Below are positions 1-13,202 of a stretch of 59,663 nucleotides of DNA, in pieces. Source of the DNA: Octopus bimaculoides. Taxonomy: Eukaryota. Both the position numbers and the translations under genes were made by a program. Position 1 is the stretch's first letter. The number at the start of each line of letters is the position of its first letter. The stretch spans positions 22,874,066-22,933,728 of the forward strand of contig NC_068992.1 in assembly GCF_001194135.2 (NCBI RefSeq), given 5' to 3'. The notes under the pieces are model-generated. The model was not told where the DNA came from, ran no database searches, and saw nothing but the letters and a program-made list of their open reading frames with translations.

Positions 1-1071
1 ATTTTTCCTACCAATTTATACATGAACTACTATTGAACTACAAAAGCTCAAAGACAATATAATGTATGGGTATATATATATTTTTTTATATAATATTATT
101 GTTTTATATATTATTTTCTTCATTTTGTACTTTTTTGTACTTCTTTGTAAAAAAACATTTTCATTCTCCTTCTTGATAATTTGCTTCATCGCAATGAAAA
201 CCGGTTAGAAAAAATCTTTATTAAATTATGCTCCCAGTTCAGCATTCTGGCATTTTTTCATTTTCCTATTATTTCTCCACGTGCGGTTAACACAACCCCA
301 CTATTTACTGACTTATATATATATATATATATATATAACAGAACGTATGCATATGTATGTATATGTGTATTATTTATCTATCTATCTATCAATCTATCTA
401 ATGTATATTCTGTTTTTATTACCTAAACAATATTTTGGGCAAGGAAGCCGTTTATAATTATCTTTTGGCTAAACTTATCTTTACCTAAAATGTTTCGATG
501 ATGTAAACGGTCAATTTATAGGAGCATTCAAGCTTATTACGAAGAATAAAAAACAGGATTTTCATGAAAACACCATAGAATGTTAGATATTATGTTGGAA
601 TTAGAATTAAATTTGTATTAATTAATAATGTTTAAACGGCGTTGAGGCGCAAATATCCCTTGATTAATGACGGCTTGCAATAAGAGAAAATGCGAAAGCT
701 CAAGAGTCACAACTATTCATTTCTAAACATGTAAAATGAAACCGAACATCATGATTTTAGTGAGAAATGAGCTTGATTGAATTGGTCGTACAGTTATCTG
801 GGGAGTGTAGGCAAGCCAATGCCGTGACATCACCGAACGGGTGATGGTATATTTATTAATTATACGAATATTTGGTGGTTTATCTTTCTTCGTTATGATG
901 CTGTTCTCTTTGGATAGATTATTAATTGACTATCATACCTAATAAAGCTGTAAATTGGTAGATCTCATCGACTGATAAACATTGCAATCCGTTACAACAT
1001 GGAATGTTCTCCGACTGTAAAATCAGCCTATTTCCAGCGTTCAAATTATGCAATAATATTAATTGAAGAGG

Positions 1072-1252
1072 GAAGGCGACATCTTGCAGAATCGTTAGCA
1101 CACCGGGCATATTACTTAGCGGCATTTCATCCGTCTTTACTTTCTGAGTTCAAATACTGATGAGGTCGACTTTGTCTTTCTTCCTTTCGGCGTCGAAAAG
1201 TTAAGTACCGGTTGAGCAATGCGGTCGATGTAAGCTACTTACTCCGTCTACC
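1072..1252 (+). mobile_element. SINE family A copy (octopus-type), decayed
   Basis: Contains the recurrent core gaatcgttagcacaccggg...cttagcggcatttc...ttctgagttcaaat...gaggtcgactttg.ctttc.tcctttcgg.gtcga...ttaagtacc, found at more than 10 other positions in this window. Confidence 0.85.
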
Positions 1253-2961
1253 AAGCTGCTGGCTTAGAGGCAAAAATTAAAACCACTAACAATTAAAACT
1301 AAAATGAACTAAACCATTACTAAGCGATGATGTAGTAATTGTTTAGCTACATGCCAGTGCTTGCTTCATAAACATATAATTAAAGTCTTTTCATCTCATT
1401 CTATAACAATGCCTATAATATTCAATGTTTGTTTTTTCTTCAAGACAGTAAACCATGATGCAAAAGACACTTGGTGGTATTCTTACTTCCTCAACCCAAT
1501 GTTTAGACATTTACTCAATAGATTTTGCATTTTTTGTTTATTGTCTGATTAGTGTAGCTTATTAAATTAATGCAATTAACGGTTAATTTATTACTGTAAA
1601 ATTTTACTGAAAATATATGAACAAATGTAAACAAAGACTGATACGAGAGGAATTTTGAGCAATAGCGAGTGAGTTGAGGGGAAGAGTGTAAGGATTGTTA
1701 CGGTGCAGATAGATATGAGTTCCTTGATAACTTTAAGAAAAAAAAATCAAACGAGTTTGAGTGTATAATGTAATGGGAATGAATATTTCATCATATTTCT
1801 AGAGAAGAAATCATGCTGGTCTCACATTTTCTTTTCATTATATATACAATCTCATAGCTAGATAACATCACCAGTTTGACAAATATTGCTCTTATTTTTC
1901 CATTCCATTACGTGCATTACTGACGGAGCCTTTTTTAACATCCTATATTTACTCTCTGATTTGTACGTTGAAATATTACATTTCTTTTTATTTTGTCACA
2001 TGATAGAACTACTGCACTGAAGCTACCTCTCACTGGTTCTAAGAAACACATTTTCTGATAAATTTTATATTATATAAAAACACTTATTTCAAGTCACAAT
2101 TTAGTTTCTGCCATTCTGAGAGGAAAATTTGAAATATCCATACAAATTTGAAGCAAAAGGAAATAGTAATAATAATAATAAAAAAAAACAGTAAAAAATA
2201 TAAAAGAAAATATCCACAACAATACTAAGAGGCATATTTTGATAAGAAGTGAAATCTCGCAATATATTTGAAAGATATGAATAAAGTATACAGTAAATGC
2301 AAAAAACAAAAGCAAAACATTTGTTGCTTTATCGTTGGGATGCTATTTATTGAAGAACAGTTCCATACAAATGCAATGCAAGAATAACATTCTTTGTAAT
2401 TTCCATCGAAATATATATATATATATTTCTTTTATTTTATTTTCACTGATGGAGTCATAATCAGAAATAATAGAGTAGCACGAATAGAATGGAAATATCC
2501 TAAATAGAGAAATAAAATGTGAGTAATGTCTATTAAACTAAAAGTAAAAATTGGATATAATAAAATTCGTTACTTATTCCCCTACAATAATTGTTGACCT
2601 TGGCGAACTTTCCAAAATATGCGTCCTAGATATAAGTTGTAGGATTGTTCCATATGCTATAAATATATATACTATCCAAAAGATCGAGAGTTCAATTCCT
2701 TTCGGTAGGATTACACAGTATTCCTATAGATGTAGACAGAGAAGAAAGTAATTCGAACTAGTGTCAATTAGCTGATCTCTTCCTTAGTTTGTAGTGGCGC
2801 TTTGATCACTCATCTCATTATATCCATATCTTGTGGCTAAAGCACTGAATCACACGTTCACTCTATTAAAGGGAATAACCTCCAGAAATACAATAACGTG
2901 GGAAGCATAATAATTTATTCGGAATAGCGGCTCATATTATGGATCAAATTTTTATCCTTAC

Positions 2962-3369
2962 TCCAGTTTATTGTTGTTGTTGGCACTCCGTCGCTTACGA
3001 CGTCGAGGGTTCTAGTTGATCCGATCAACGTAACAACCTGCTCGTGAAATTAACGTGCAAGTGGCTGAGCACTCCACAGACACGTGTAACCTTAACGTAG
3101 TTATCGGTGATATTCAGCGTGACACAGTGTGACAAGGCTGGCTCTTTGAAATACAGGTACAACAGAAACAGGAAGAAAGAGTGAGAGAAAGTTTTGGTGA
3201 AAGAGTACAGCAGGGTTCGCCACCATCCCCTGCCGGAGCCTCGGGGAGCTTTAGTTGTTTTCGCTCAATAAACACTCACAACGCCCGGTCTGGGAATCGA
3301 AACCGCGAACCTATAACCGCGAGTCGGCTGCCCTAACCATTGGGCCATTGCGCATCCCTTCCAGTTTAT
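2962..3369 (-). mobile_element. tRNA-derived SINE family B, full length, with 10-bp target-site duplication
   Basis: Minus strand starts with a tRNA-like head (gcgcaatggcccaatggttagggcag...ggtttcgattcccagacc) and ends in an (AAC)n tail. tccagtttat occurs at both 2962-2971 and 3360-3369 (TSD). A second copy lies at 5616-6016. Confidence 0.88.
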
Positions 3370-4550
3370 ATCTCATATAAAAAGTACATCAAAATGAAAA
3401 TAGTTAGTACTAGTTACTACAATATAACGTTTGATTCGTTTTGTTTCAGATGATGTAAAAAGGTTAACCTTATCAAGCCAAACAACAAATCATATATCCA
3501 ACGATTGCTTTAGTGTTATTGCTGAATGTTATCACACTCTGTATATACTTGTATTAATACCATCTCTGTTCCTCCCACTCTCACATTTTCTGTCTTCCTA
3601 TCCCTCTCTTATCTCTTTTCTCTTTCTATGTATCTATCTCATTCCGTTCAAATCAGTGCGGTCGAGAGGTACCATTGGCCATATTGTTTAGCGTATAGGA
3701 GATCAATTGTAATGGAAGAATAAAATTATTAGAGATAACAACCAAATTATTTATAAGATATAGAATCTAATAATTAGATATAGAATCTACATACAATTTG
3801 TTATATAAGAAATAAATTGCTAGAGATAGATTTAAGTATTTACTTTAGCCACCGAAGTGTAATGGGTAAGAGGATTTTGTAACAATCATAGATAAAATAT
3901 GGAGAAAGAGAAGTGGTATTTTTTACACACAGATATCCTAAGAAGCCTAAAATATTAAAGATAAAATACAACCAAAGCTCTTAGTTTAAATCCGTATCTT
4001 CAATCGAAACTGGATATAAATTGAGAAAAAAAAACATATGGTATATACTTAAGAATATATATATATATATATATGTGTGTGTGTTTGTGTGCATGTGTAT
4101 GTATGTGTATGTGTGTGTGATAGAAATCTACGTACAGGCATACATACACACTATCACACAAACAAATACGTACAGAAACACACAATCAGAAATATTTACA
4201 GATACACACTTAAACACACCTACATATACGCAAACACAGTCAAAGACTATGACACGCATTCACTCACAAATATTTTCCTGCTATTAACATTACTCCTAAT
4301 AAAAGTGTGCGGATTTATATTTATGTCTAAATATTTTCATGCGACATATTAAGATATACAGTAACTGTCAATAACTGCCTCCTTTCAAAAGCTTAACTTT
4401 GGACACTAATGGAATTCAGCAAATGCATTGAAATGTTGTGTTTTCAACTTTTCATCTTCTCTGAAAGATTGTAGACAGTTACTCCTGGACGCTTCTCTAG
4501 CATCCCTTAAATGATTCCACTTCCATAGATTGCCATACAAGTGAACTACA

Positions 4551-4552
<2 letters not shown>

Positions 4553-4635
<83 letters not shown>

Positions 4636-4643
4636 TGTATGCA

Positions 4644-4672
<29 letters not shown>
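4553..4672. repeat. (TA)n followed by (CA)n microsatellite
   Basis: Directly visible; explains the YIYI/HTHT ORFs in the track. Confidence 0.97.
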
Positions 4673-4677
<5 letters not shown>

Positions 4678-5220
4678 CGCATGTATGCGTGTGTATGTAT
4701 TTATGTATGTATCTACGTTTGAAGTAGATACAATGATGACAGCATTTCAGTAAAAGTATACAAGAACGTTTCTGAAACCCTTAACATAAGATTCTATAGT
4801 CGAAAAGTTGACAGCATCACCTCTTTATGCTCAAGACTAAAGATATTTATTCTATCAAACATAAGCATCACTCTCAAAATTAACCGGCAAAATATTTTAT
4901 CGATATTATACGACACCATTAAATACTTGGTGGCAAGTAATTTTAATCCTCAATTTATACCAATATCTATATGTGGATAATTGCATTGAGAATCAGCTAA
5001 CCTAATGGTTGTTCATTCCCTTGTAATATGCCAACAAGGAACTTTTAGCATTGTTGCCTTTTAGCAAGCCATTTACATCGAGTACGATACAAAGATCTAA
5101 TGTTTTTTTCTGCTTTTCGTAATACCAGTCGATGTTTATTCTCTGTCCTCCTATATTATGGTGGCGACGAATTTCGTATAAGCATATGGCTGCCTGCTTC
5201 TGGTAGAAATCCGTCTACCT

Positions 5221-5257
<37 letters not shown>

Positions 5258-5615
5258 NNNNNNNNNNNNNNNNNNNNNNNNNNNNNNNNNNNNNNNNNNN
5301 NNNNNNNNNNNNNNNNNNNNNNNNNNNNNNNNNNNNNNNNNNNNNNNNNNNNNNNNNNNNNNNNNNNNNNNNNNNNNNNNNNNNNNNNNNNNNNNNNNNN
5401 NNNNNNNNNNNNNNNNNNNNNNNNNNNNNNNNNNNNNNNNNNNNNNNNNNNNNNNNNNNNNNNNNNNNNNNNNNNNNNNNNNNNNNNNNNNNNNNNNNNN
5501 NNNNNNNNNNNNNNNNNNNNNNNNNNNNNNNNNNNNNNNNNNNNNNNNNNNNNNNNNNNNNNNNNNNNNNNNNNNNNNNNNNNNNNNNNNNNNCATATTA
5601 TGGATCAAATTTTTA

Positions 5616-6016
5616 TCTTTACTCCAGTTTATTGTTGTTGTTGGCACTCCGTCGCTTACGACGTCGAGGGTTCTAGTTGATCCGATCAACGTAACAACCT
5701 GCTCGTGAAATTAACGTGCAAGTAGCTGAGCACTCCACAAACACGTGTAACCTTAACGTAGTTATCGGTGATATTCAGCGTGACACAGTGTGACAAGGCT
5801 GGCTCTTTGAAATACAGGTACAACAGAAACAGGAAGAAAGAGTGAGAGAAAGTTGTGGTGAAAGAGTACAGCAGGGTTCGGCACTACTCCCTGTTCGAAC
5901 GTCGAGGGTCTTTAGGTGATTTCGCTCAATAAAAACTCACAACGTCCTGTCTTGGAATCGAGACCGCGATCCTGCGACCACAAGTCCAATACCCTAACCA
6001 CTGGGCCATTGCGCCC
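5616..6016 (-). mobile_element. tRNA-derived SINE family B, second (chimeric) copy
   Basis: Body and tail near-identical to the copy at 2962-3369; tRNA-like head (5880-6016) is diverged; no matching right-hand TSD. Confidence 0.85.
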
Positions 6017-6266
6017 GACGTACATATATGAATACATACATATCTACACACACAAACAAAAACACAAACAGACACATACACACAGGGACTTATATGTATA
6101 TATACACACATACATACACAGACATGACATAAGTAAATAAACTCTATATAAAACATTGTTTCATGTTTATTCTAACTTGTAATGGCTAATATTTTTTATT
6201 AATTGACCTTTTAATATTTCAGGTTCTATATGTGACTGTTTAATCATCACATAAACAAAAGGAGCC

Positions 6267-7060
6267 ATGGAACTGTCTGAATTCCAAAGCGGCCGTATTG
6301 TACGTCTCGTTGCAAGGCATCTGACATATCGGAACAAGTTGATGTCAGTACCAGAAAAGGTATCTGTAAGGTATCTGCACAAACTCGGTTACTCTGGCAG
6401 AGCTCCAAGAATGAAGCCAATTCTTCGACCAGCCAACATTAAGTGGAGAAAAGATTGTGCCAGTGAGATGGTGGAGAGGCTAGTACCATTGTGGAACATT
6501 GTCATAGTCTCTGAAGAGTGTGTGTCTGGAGAATCTGTGCTTAAGAATTTGATGTGAAAAGGTTGCAGCCAACAATGAAGCACGGCAATTACTCACTGAT
6601 GGTCTGGGAAGCAATCTGAAGCCATGGTTGACCAGAGATGGTGCAGTGTGAGGGTAACAGAAACTCAGATTAATTTTATGAAACTATTGCAGAAAGGACT
6701 CATTTCAATCTTCTCCAGTGATAAAATAATTAATAAAAACGGTTTATTAATGGAAGATGGGGCTCCTTGTCACATGGCTAAAATTACCCAAGATTTCGAG
6801 GATGAGAATCGCATGAAAAAGCTACCAAGACCAAGCCACTCACTAGATATGAACTATATTGAACACCTGTAGGACATAATCGACAGGTCAATTCATAAAA
6901 AAGAACAAGAAAGCATCTTCGAAGCCAAATCTTTTGAGATTACTGCATGAAACCTGGAAAGAAATTCCGTAAAAAAATATTCGTCATCAGATCAGTAACA
7001 TGCCTAATAATCGCTTTGCATTGCTAAATGCAAGGGGCATGTCTCCTAAATACTAAATAT
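6267..7060 (+). mobile_element. Tc1-type (DD34E) transposase remnant
   Basis: Fragments across frames: MELSEFQSGRIV, YLHKLGYSGRAPRMKPIL, WNIVIVSEE (W..V.FSDE), MEDGAPCH (QDGAPCH), PSHSLDMNYIEHL (SPDLNPIE). Interrupted by stops and frameshifts. Confidence 0.88.
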
Positions 7061-7274
7061 TCACATTATAACAATTGATAAATAATTTGAATATATAATT
7101 TCAGATTTAAATAAATTTCAATGATTATAAGTGTGTCTATTTAACATTGTCAGTGAACAGGTCGCAGCCTCAAAGCGACGAAAATATTTTGGCAAATTAA
7201 ATACAAATGTTGAAGTGAATCTAACGGTTTTTCTGTGTTTTTAAATGGCTTACAAACACTTCCCAAGCTGCAAT

Positions 7275-7344
7275 TGTGTATGCATGTATGTATGCATGTA
7301 TGTATGCATGTATGTATGCATGTATGTATGTATCTCTCTCTCTG

Positions 7345-7386
<42 letters not shown>

Positions 7387-7390
7387 TATT
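7275..7390. repeat. (GTATGCATGTAT)n 12-mer array grading into (TC)n and (TA)n
   Basis: Directly visible tandem units. Confidence 0.92.
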
Positions 7391-9141
7391 CTGTTCCTTT
7401 CTCTTTTTACAAAACATTTGCTCAAACATTGCGCCTTTGTACTCACCCATCGTCACCATTATGATTTGTTTTTTTCCCATTTAGAACGGATAAAATGATT
7501 TATAGAATTACTCCCCAAATCTAATCGAAATCTTAACCGCATTCCTGGTAAAAGCTTAATAAAAAAACTAAACAATGATGTTTTCATCGCCAACATATAC
7601 AATAATAAATATAGATTAGACAACCATTTAGCATGGATACAAAATGTATTGAAAGTGCATATATTAATATGTAAACCACGAGAAACAACGAATATTACGT
7701 AATAATGAAAATACCGATCTAGATAGATGTATGACTATCTATATGAATAATGTAAAATAATATCCATATAAAAATATTTCTCATGTTATTTTGTCTAATG
7801 GTTATGTGTTTGATAATCATGTCCGTAGCATTGTAGCTATTTCCTTTCTTTGTAAATATATTTCTTGATTTTTTTTTTGTTTTTGTTTACTACTGAATGC
7901 AGTATATTGTTACTTGAATACTTAGTACCACATATTTGCAATTATTTGCGTACTGTATTCTCTCCATAAAGAAATGCATTAAAAAAGAAACGATAAAAAG
8001 AGCAAATGGAAATATAATCATTATTTGAGCGATTGCATCAACTTAAATAAATGACATGGTTCATGCATTTCAAACAATAAGTAACTCAGTATGACGTTTC
8101 ATTGTGGCATTTTGCCCAGTTATTGACTGCTGTAAGCTATGAACAAGTCTACATGAGCTAGCAATATTGAATTTGAATGACGTTAAGCAGACAGTGCGTT
8201 ACAATTAATGGAGATGGGAATAGTTTACGAGTAAAAAGAGATGGGGAGAAGCTCACCAGCTTTGATCAAAATCTAGACTGAATCAACCTACACAAGAAGG
8301 TAGCAAATAAAACGTTAACAACGACTATTTCCATTATTTTTACATGCACGTCCAATATTAACATCGTTATAGAAAGTTGTAGTGATTTGAAACATTAATT
8401 TGCCGTCATATTGAAGTTGAGGAAGGAGTATGCTGGACATAATGTTATATAATATTACTTGCTAATAAAGATATTTAGATCATATTCATATGAACTGAAG
8501 AGAAACGTGAGTGCCAAAAAGCAAATACATTAGTAAACACAAATACATCTGAAGCTATCTAAAGTCGTTCTTCTTAAAGTCAATTAATTCTTAATGTATT
8601 TTACACAGTTTACAAGAAGAGAACCTTTTATACAAAATATAAAAAGCATACATTTTGCTATTTCTAAATCGGAAAATAAACATTAGCTAAACAAAGACAT
8701 ATAATCGAAAATTTGTATGAGTTCAAAGGTGCAATATATGAGTAANNNNNNNNNNTATATATACGCACTTATGTACATATGCATACACACATAAAGACAC
8801 ACGCGCACACACACAAATGCACACACATACACAAACACACACACACATATACATACACGTACGAGCTTGCATATATATTGTAATGTGTTTTATATGATAT
8901 ATATTTTGTATGATTTATACGAGATGTTGGCTCTCTTCGGTACATCTCATTGAAAAAATCCAAAAACTCGAAATATCGATGTCACAATTTCTTAACGTAT
9001 GGTGACACTGAACGAATAGGGTGTTTTCTCAAACTTTTATCATAAGAGAGATTTTTTTCCATGGTAACTGTATTGTATTTGCATTTTAGCAGTTGAAATA
9101 TGTTGTGTGACTAATATATTTCAACTAACATAAATTCTACA

Positions 9142-9142
<1 letters not shown>

Positions 9143-9208
<66 letters not shown>

Positions 9209-9212
9209 ATAT
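9143..9212. repeat. (TATC)n tetranucleotide array
   Basis: Directly visible. Further (TATC)n arrays at about 13141-13203, 29465-29512 and 44020-44062. Confidence 0.97.
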
Positions 9213-10728
9213 ATTATTATTAAAAAATATGGCAAAAAATCATATATTAATTAATATCGATTAATTACCAGGAGGCTAGCACATTTAAAGAATCAAAGAG
9301 ATTCAGAAACAGTATCTGCAATCTCAGGGGATTAAAGTACATTTTTATATATGACGTTGAACACTAACGTGGACATTTAATGTGCTAGAAATAGATCACA
9401 TCTTGTGTCTAAAAAGACCTAAATTGTTCTCAACATGAAATATAGCGTGATACCAAAACGTAAGCGGGCAAGACATTTAAAATCACCGAAAAGGAACATT
9501 ATTAAACAGGNNNNNNNNNNNNNNNNNNNNNNNNNNNNNNNNNNNNNNNNNNNNNNNNNNNNNNNNNNNNNNNNNNNNNNNNNNNNNNNNNNNNNNNNNN
9601 NNNNNNNNNNNNNNNNNNNNNNNNNNNNNNNNNNNNNNNNNNNNNNNNNNNNNNNNNNNNNNNNNNNNNNNNNNNNNNNNNNNNNNNNNNNNNNNNNNNN
9701 NNNNNNNNNNNNNNNNNNNNNNNNNNNNNNNNNNNNNNNNNNNNNNNNNNNNNNNNNNNNNNNNNNNNNNNNNNNNNNNNNNNNNNNNNNNNNNNNNNNN
9801 NNNNNNNNNNNNNNNNNNNNNNNNNNNNNNNNNNNNNNNNNNNNNNNNNNNNNNNNNNNNNNNNNNNNNNNNNNNNNNNNNNNNNNNNNNNNNNNNNNNN
9901 NNNNNNNNNNNNNNNNNNNNNNNNNNNNNNNNNNNNNNNNNNNNNNNNNNNNNNNNNNNNNNNNNNNNNNNNNNNNNNNNNNNNNNNNNNNNNNNNNNNN
10001 NNNNNNNNNNNNNNNNNNNNNNNNNNNNNNNNNNNNNNNNNNNNNNNNNNNNNNNNNNNNNNNNNNNNNNNNNNNNNNGGAAATCTACAGTCACATATAG
10101 AAAAAATTTATAAGTAAACACACTAAAGAGAACTATAATGAAATAATAAAATAACATTAATATAGAGAGATTAGCTATGTTGTAGGATGGAGATATCTCT
10201 TAAAAGATATGTCAATATCCAAGCTTCACAAAGAATTTTACAATACCTTAATAAATTGAATTTTATTACTTAAAACTCTTGATTTACTCCTGTGCTTTCG
10301 GTCCTCTGTTTATCATTTTGTCCATGTTTTTTCTGCAACGTCCTGTAACCAGATATGCATCTATATATACATGTAGATGTAGGTATGTACATACATGTAC
10401 GTATATATGCATATAGGCATATATTATTTGTATAACATATATAATATTACGGGAAAATAACAACAAAAACTGAGGCAGGACGAGTATCGCAAGTCATTTA
10501 GAATATATAATGAAGGTAAGGTGAATTTGATGTCTTACAGCTGTTTCTGCTATGTCCTAAGTGATAGGTTAGCATGTCCGTACACTAGGTATTCTATCAT
10601 CAGAAGCAATATGAGTAAGTATGAAAGTTCTAGACTGGGAAATTCACAGTTTATAAACAATGCATTTCAGCTGTGAACTTGGAAGCTAACGCATAACCAA
10701 TTACCACACTTACTCATTTTACCTATTC

Positions 10729-10768
<40 letters not shown>

Positions 10769-11121
10769 NNNNNNNNNNNNNNNNNNNNNNNNNNNNNNNN
10801 NNNNNNNNNNNNNNNNNNNNNNNNNNNNNNNNNNNNNNNNNNNNNNNNNNNNNNNNNNNNNNNNNNNNNNNNNNNNNNNNNNNNNNNNNNNNNNNNNNNN
10901 NNNNNNNNNNNNNNNNNNNNNNNNNNNNNNNNNNNNNNNNNNNNNNNNNNNNNNNNNNNNNNNNNNNNNNNNNNNNNNNNNNNNNNNNNNNNNNNNNNNN
11001 NNNNNNNNNNNNNNNNNNNNNNNNNNNNNNNNNNNNNNNNNNNNNNNNNNNNNNNNNNNNNNNNNNNNNNNNNNNNNNNNNNNNNNNNNNNNNNNNNNNN
11101 NNNNNNNNNNNNNNNNNNNNN

Positions 11122-11168
<47 letters not shown>

Positions 11169-13140
11169 ACAACAAGAACGAATGAGAGACAGCGAGAGCG
11201 GAAGAGATAAACAGATGGAGAAAGAGAGAGAGATAGAGAGTGAGCTGGAGCTACTTTTGAAAATATGAAGAGCAGAAAAATAATAATTTTACCATTCTTA
11301 TTAATATTGCTGCGTACGAAATTTCAAATTCGGTAAAAACTAATATGTCTTGATACAATTTGGTAAATTCATGTCTGAGAAATGTAATGACTTTGAAACC
11401 ATATAGTGATGAGTCACATGTACGAAGTTAACCAAACATTGATCTTTCAAAGAGATCGGTATGACTGTTTTATTGAAGAAATATCGTTTGAATAAGATTT
11501 TTTTTTATATCGTCTGTCTATCTGTCTTTCTGTCTCTCTGTCTCTGTCTTTCTATACGTCTGTCTATATGTTTATCTCTACTGTTTTCTCTTTCACGTAT
11601 AACAGCTTGTTGATAAATATCTTGTATGCCTGTTGTTGTCAGCGTTTTTTTCTTTTGTGAAAAAGTGGTAAACAATTCGATAATAGTTGCAAACATGACT
11701 TTTATTTTTCAAATCATATTAGCCATAAAGTTATACATTTCTTCAAAGAGATTTATTCAAGTCTCATGTCTCTAAATAGATAAATGGAATAACGTACTGA
11801 TATTGATAAAAAACAAACAACCAAAACAACATAAAACAAGAAAAAACATGCTTGGTAATTCAGTAACTCTCTTATCCCAAACATCACAAAAACAATTCCT
11901 TCTCGTGATAGAATTAGGAAAACTATAGAAAAATAAAACAACAGTTGGGACAATATATGAAAAGTATCTTGTATAAACCAGTTAACACAGTGGTTTCGTC
12001 TCACGAACATTGTTGCTGTTGATTTTCTGACTGGCAAATGTAATGTACTAAATTTGAAATTGCTACTTTCCCTACTAAAAGATATATTTACGTATGATAT
12101 TATCACATCTGTCGTTTTTCTCATATTGTGATGAATGGTTGTTGCCTTTGCTCCCCGCATTTTTTTCTTTTTTATTGTGGATGGGAAAAATACATGCCTG
12201 TTGTGGTAAGTATTTTCATAGATACATAACTGATGTTCAGGGAACAACTCCCTCCCCTTTTTTTTTTGCAATTTCCTACTATACTTGCTTCGATTGGTCT
12301 TATTACTTTTCCTCGAGCAAATACTGACGATATTGCAGTCTTTCATATCCTGCAGCACTGCATCATATTCTGTCAGATTTGTAGATGGCAAAATATATTC
12401 TCTTTGCACAGCTTACACACTGGTGAAATCACAACGTCTTGCAAGATATAGCGTAAAGAAAAAAATGTGAAGCTAGCTATCAGTTTAGGAGTCTACAATG
12501 TACAAATCACTGCTATTGGATTAATTACAGAGGAGCAGTGAACAATTACAAACATACAGTTCTCTAGCATAGAAGGGCTTGCCGTGGGGTTGGCTTAACT
12601 GTGGAAAACCCACTACAGGAAATGACGAGAGTAAAATGACACAAGGACTGCGCGAGCCTTCTCGTACCAATTCCATACAAATCGTATCTCTGTCTAAATT
12701 CCACCCTATACATGGCACAATATACGAAAGTACGAAACGCATGACCAACTGCAGAGGACAATTTAGGAAATCCCAATCTAAAAACAGCTGCTGCGACTCA
12801 GGAAATGAAACATCCTGCGTGAGTCTGAACGCCTGAAGTAGTTGCATCATGAGATTGGTATCTTAAGCTAATACAGAAAACGATTGCTTGGATTTTGCAC
12901 TGGCTTGGCCTCTGTTTCGGCACCATAAAGTGAAAAACACGTTATAAACACTAGCAACAAGTGCACCTGATAGGCACAAAAACATGCACACACACCCAGA
13001 GAGATACACACTCATATATATGTACCCACATATATATATACACTTACATATATATGCATGTGTATGTTTATATAAGTATGCATGCATGAGTGCATATATA
13101 TATATGTATATGTGTGTGTATGCCGCGTGCATGTGTAAAT

Positions 13141-13202
<62 letters not shown>

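Noticed and set aside
780-845. ATTGG/CCAAT boxes plus TGACATCA as a possible promoter
   Set aside because: Short motifs with no linked transcript start or first exon
3280-3357. tRNA-like sequence on the minus strand (also 5940-6016, 45338-45420, 59196-59270)
   Set aside because: Continuous with SINE bodies and tails; these are SINE heads, not tRNA genes
4000-5708. [12 protein letters not shown]-rich and X-containing ORFs here and throughout the window
   Set aside because: Dinucleotide repeats and N-gaps lack stop codons; not evidence of genes
12490-12600. CTNHCYWINYRGAVN suggesting a kringle or C-type lectin start
   Set aside because: Frame closes repeatedly and downstream diagnostic motifs (NYCRNP, WIGL) are absent
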